Of a DNA stretch of 64,000 nt, positions 60,179 through 64,000 are shown in pieces. Source of the stretch: a virus; the IMG/VR virus record IMGVR_UViG_3300042465_006773. One strand, given 5' to 3'. Under the pieces are notes generated by a model. It had not been told where the DNA came from. It ran no database searches and was given only the letters and a program-made list of their open reading frames with translations. The stretch's first letter is position 1. The number at the start of each line of letters is the position of its first letter. A program made the translations under genes and the position numbers.

Positions 60179-63100
60179 ATGCAAAAACATAGAATTTCTA
60201 CAAACATTGGGAGAGACCAAAAGGTTGTCGTTGAATTAAAAAATGATTTCGACCTTTTAGAGATATTGTCTTTAAAATTTACACAGACAGAAGCATATAC
60301 TTCCATGTGTTCTGATTATGGGGTTGTATGTGGTAGAATATTCGTAAACAATGGTTTTGGTGTACCAAATGCTAGAGTTTCTATTTTTATACCCATTTTA
60401 GATGATGATGTGAACGACCCGGTAATATCCTCATTGTACCCATATACATCTGTAACCGATAGAAATGAAAACGGTTATCGATACAACTTACTTCCAAGTA
60501 GAAAACAACACGGTGGACACGAACCAACAGGAACTTTTCCTGACCAATTAGATATTTTAACAAGAGAAGAGATTTTAGAAGTTTATGAAAAATATTATAA
60601 GTATACCGTAAAAACAAATGATGCTGGTGATTTTATGATATGGGGTGTACCTGTTGGTACACAAATCATACATGTTGATGTTGATTTATCTGATATTGGT
60701 TGTTTTTCATTGAGACCCGATGATTTTATAAGACAAGGTAGAGGTGTTGATAGTTTTAAAAATACATATTCATATAAATCATCTGATGATTTAGATTCAT
60801 TACCTCAAATAGTATCTTTTAATCAAACAATTGAAGTTTTTCCTTTTTGGGGAAATGAAGATTTATGTGAAATTGGAATAACAAGAACAGATTTTGATTT
60901 ATCAAGTCAAGGGGTAAAAGTGGAACCCAAAGCATATTTATTGGGTTCAATATATTCTGACCAAGGTAAAAACACGTTAAACAAAAATTGTCGACCAAGA
61001 AGTGCTATGGGTAGAAAGTGTGATTTAACAACTTTTGCTGCGGAGATTGAAATGATAAGATTTACTTCTTTAAAAGATTCATTGGGTAGACCAATATTAG
61101 AGACGTATCAAATAGAAGAAGATATAGACGAAGACGGTTCGTTTGTGATTCCGTTACCCATGAACATGGAATATCAGTACACAAACGAATTTGGTGAAAC
61201 AGAAATTACAAATGACCCAAATAAAGGTATACCAACATCAGCGTGTTATAGATTTAGAATTTCAGGTAAAAACAATACACTAGGTAGAGTTAGATTTACT
61301 GGTAGTTATTTGTTACCAAATATACGAGAATATGATTCTGACGTTGATGGTTCTTACGCTTTTTCTTTAGATTGGAACGATTATCCAACTGGTTCTACAA
61401 CAAACTCTGTGATTTTTAATCAAACATACGGTAGTTATTATCCTGAAGATTATTTTTTTAGGTTTACATATAATAAAGTATATACGGTAAGTTCGTATAT
61501 GGGGAGTCATTTTAAAGGTGGTAAAGACAATTATGTTGGTATAAAAGACATATCACCAAAAGAGGAAGAAGACTGTGAATCAAGTATAGTGACACCACCA
61601 ATTAATTATGGATGGAGACGATTTAGTTTTCCAATATTGTTAGCAACTGTAATTAGTATATTTGAAAGAATAATATACGGAGCATTTATTGGCGCAATAC
61701 AAGTATTAATAATTCCGTTTCAATTTCTTTATAGTATTAGAATATATATTAGGGCGTTTGGTTCAACCATTATTGACTGGAGACCTTTTGAAGTTTTTGA
61801 TTCATTAGTTATTGAACCATTACAACGATTTGGTACTGTTAATTTATCAATTGTTGTTTATCCTGAGTGTGAAACTTGTGAAGATTTTTCAAGTGAACAG
61901 ATACTTATTCCAACTCAAAGACCTGATGAACTATATTGTAAAGTCGGGGAAGGGGTTGCGGTTAGAGATACTTTAAATATTAATGGTTCTCCATATTCAC
62001 CAATATGTGACCCCGATAATACAATTGACGAGTTCATTATGTCTTCAAGTGGCTCAACGTTACCCACTTATAATTTTACGGGAATAACTTGTAACGGTAA
62101 TTCGACTGGTGAATCATTGGACCTAATATATAGTGCGAGTAATTTACCAATTAGTGGTAAAACGTATTATATTGTTTTAAAAAGTTATTTACCACATGGA
62201 AGTGCAAATGCATATGAACTTAATAGATTAAATAGTTTAGAGGTAAACACATATTCACAGTTAACAATTGACCAATTTTCTTGTGGTTCACCCACTACTC
62301 AATCCGGTTATAGGGGATATGATAATAATAATTTTGGTTGGTTAGTGTATCGATTAGGTAATAATGGAATACCCCCACAATATGATTATCCATCCCCGTG
62401 TCCAACAAATAGTTGTTTTGAAGGTCGATGGTCCATTAGTGACTTATATGTAACACCTTTTTCTCAACCGGCTTGTGCGTCTGGACAAACCCCAAACGGA
62501 ACGTGTGATTGTACCGACCCAACTTCTTCACAAAATACTTCATCAAGTATTACGTTTACTGATGGTATTTGTACAACAGTATATGATTACGTTTTATATT
62601 ATCACTCTAGTATAAGAACATGTGGCGGAAATATTGAAACAATATTAGACGACCCTAGTACTATGACATTATCAATTGATTGGTCAAATGCAGTAACAAA
62701 AAGTGCGGGAACGATAACTAGAGGATTATCCTATATGGTTGCCTTTTATTATTCAATACCCTCCGGTAACACTGCATTATCTAATGTAAGAATATCTATT
62801 GGTGATGCGACATTAGGTGAATGTTCCTATGGTGTTTATGATATACCAACACCGGTAAACAATAAGTGGTATGTATTGCGTGTTGATATATCTGATATTG
62901 AGTCTTATGGTAATTTAACATCTTATATTTCAACATCAAGTTGTATGAATTATTCTATAGGTTGTTCTGGACCATCGTCAGTAACCAATTCTTGTTGTTA
63001 TAGTTCAATAAGTGGTGATAGTGTTGGTAATTCTTCTTTAAGTGATTTTCAATGGACAGGGTTCACTTATGAAATATATGATTCTTCTCTTAAACTAACT

Positions 63101-64000
63101 CAACAATCTTTAACAGGTTCTACCGGTGATTTGTCTTTAGGTTGCGATACACAGAACACAATATATGACGAAACGATTGTTAAACAAACGTATTGTGCCT
63201 CAAATATTAATGATGATTATAACAATACAGCTTTAGTCACGGTTCAAAACGGAACATCGTGTACAAGTCTGTTACCTGTTGGACAAATATCATATAATAC
63301 GAATAGCAATCCTTGTTCGACGTGTAGTACTAGAAGTGGTTTTTCTGAATTTAGAAAAGGGACTTATACAATAATACCGGCTGCGTCTATAAATAATTGG
63401 GAATACAATTTTAAATTAATTAGAGAATATGCTAGAAGAAAACTAATCAATAAAGTTTTTTGTGAAGGTGTTGTAAATTATTCATTTATTGAAAATTGGT
63501 TAGGTGGTTCTCTTTATCTGTTTGCCTTTAAAGCAAGGGTTAGATGGGATAATGAGGAAACATTAGATTTGAACGTTAGAGGAACAAATTATTGTGAGGA
63601 TTTATTGTATTATAAGGTAAGTGAAAAAACATCTGGCGAACCCGTTAAAAGGTTTTATTATAGGTCCACTAAGTGGGATGGTTCGTCTTTTCAATCTACA
63701 GTAAGTAACGGAACAACATTCAGTACACTAAGACACCCAACAACAATTATGGATTTGGGACCAAGAGATGAATTTATAAAAGAAATATGTGTCGACCCAT
63801 CTTTAGACCCTAATTGTTCGGTTGTTCGAAGTATTGGACCAACATCTTTTCAAAACTTTAAGGAAATTTTCGGGCTTTACATTAACTATAGATTAGATAC
63901 TAATAACACATTTGAATATAGAGATTTTTTTCAAAATAATGGATTTAATTCGTATCTCCCATTTAATACAACAAAAGAAATATTAAATGGAGACGTTTTA
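60179..64000 (+). CDS. Large Cys-rich baseplate/fibre-associated protein (partial, at least 1274 aa)
   Basis: ATG at 60179 after TATTTATA; begins MQKHRISTNIG...DYGVVCGRIFVNNGFGVPNARVSIFIP; absent from the track, consistent with being open to the window end; spot-translated segments are in frame. Confidence 0.75.
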   Translation, partial: MQKHRISTNIGRDQKVVVELKNDFDLLEILSLKFTQTEAYTSMCSDYGVVCGRIFVNNGFGVPNARVSIFIPILDDDVNDPVISSLYPYTSVTDRNENGYRYNLLPSRKQHGGHEPTGTFPDQLDILTREEILEVYEKYYKYTVKTNDAGDFMIWGVPVGTQIIHVDVDLSDIGCFSLRPDDFIRQGRGVDSFKNTYSYKSSDDLDSLPQIVSFNQTIEVFPFWGNEDLCEIGITRTDFDLSSQGVKVEPKAYLLGSIYSDQGKNTLNKNCRPRSAMGRKCDLTTFAAEIEMIRFTSLKDSLGRPILETYQIEEDIDEDGSFVIPLPMNMEYQYTNEFGETEITNDPNKGIPTSACYRFRISGKNNTLGRVRFTGSYLLPNIREYDSDVDGSYAFSLDWNDYPTGSTTNSVIFNQTYGSYYPEDYFFRFTYNKVYTVSSYMGSHFKGGKDNYVGIKDISPKEEEDCESSIVTPPINYGWRRFSFPILLATVISIFERIIYGAFIGAIQVLIIPFQFLYSIRIYIRAFGSTIIDWRPFEVFDSLVIEPLQRFGTVNLSIVVYPECETCEDFSSEQILIPTQRPDELYCKVGEGVAVRDTLNINGSPYSPICDPDNTIDEFIMSSSGSTLPTYNFTGITCNGNSTGESLDLIYSASNLPISGKTYYIVLKSYLPHGSANAYELNRLNSLEVNTYSQLTIDQFSCGSPTTQSGYRGYDNNNFGWLVYRLGNNGIPPQYDYPSPCPTNSCFEGRWSISDLYVTPFSQPACASGQTPNGTCDCTDPTSSQNTSSSITFTDGICTTVYDYVLYYHSSIRTCGGNIETILDDPSTMTLSIDWSNAVTKSAGTITRGLSYMVAFYYSIPSGNTALSNVRISIGDATLGECSYGVYDIPTPVNNKWYVLRVDISDIESYGNLTSYISTSSCMNYSIGCSGPSSVTNSCCYSSISGDSVGNSSLSDFQWTGFTYEIYDSSLKLTQQSLTGSTGDLSLGCDTQNTIYDETIVKQTYCASNINDDYNNTALVTVQNGTSCTSLLPVGQISYNTNSNPCSTCSTRSGFSEFRKGTYTIIPAASINNWEYNFKLIREYARRKLINKVFCEGVVNYSFIENWLGGSLYLFAFKARVRWDNEETLDLNVRGTNYCEDLLYYKVSEKTSGEPVKRFYYRSTKWDGSSFQSTVSNGTTFSTLRHPTTIMDLGPRDEFIKEICVDPSLDPNCSVVRSIGPTSFQNFKEIFGLYINYRLDTNNTFEYRDFFQNNGFNSYLPFNTTKEILNGDVL

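Noticed and set aside
710-60617. Numerous 60-150 aa ORFs nested in or antisense to long genes (e.g. 710, 5575, 29643, 44835, 58680, 60387)
   Set aside because: Fully overlapped by well-supported CDSs; composition typical of shadow frames.
16414-63030. Diversity-generating retroelement TR/VR pair
   Set aside because: The similarity is an old protein-level paralogy with indels, not near-identical DNA differing at adenines; no reverse transcriptase in the window.
1-64000. Stop-codon reassignment as seen in some large phages
   Set aside because: Long conserved genes are intact in the standard code with high coding density; TAG and TGA act as stops.

Overview
A 64 kb, very AT-rich segment of a large contractile-tailed (myovirus-type, distantly T4-like) phage. 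The host is probably Bacteroidota, inferred from TTTG-N19-TATATTT promoters, A-rich leaders without Shine-Dalgarno sites and a DUF4494-like gene. Positions 1-13.9 kb (minus strand) carry a gp5-like baseplate gene, a gp55-like late sigma factor, three glycosyltransferases, PhoH, dUTPase, two apparent pseudo-enzymes and WYL/head-associated proteins. Positions 14-64 kb (mostly plus strand) carry Pro/Thr-rich fibre proteins, PolB, neck, sheath, tube, tape-measure and baseplate genes, two tRNAs, a T4-like replication block (SSB, UvsX, 5'-3' exonuclease, helicase), nrdB, intein-containing nrdA, a GNAT and more baseplate genes. Most notable: (1) a [S/T]-G-x-T motif strongly enriched in virion proteins and nearly absent from the replication enzymes checked, which with mucin-like linkers and three phage glycosyltransferases suggests a phage-encoded virion O-glycosylation system; (2) a shared [LI]xEE..[RK]IK.L terminal tag on unrelated late proteins (WYL, GNAT, others), a candidate capsid-packaging signal; (3) a late-promoter motif TATTTAT[A/T], the reverse complement of the T4 one, often only 3-7 nt from the ATG; (4) a candidate UUU_CGC +1 frameshift in the tail-chaperone gene; (5) an iteron-like repeat between sheath and tube; (6) a candidate kissing-loop RNA after nrdA. 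All annotations come from manual motif recognition and hand counts; no searches were run.
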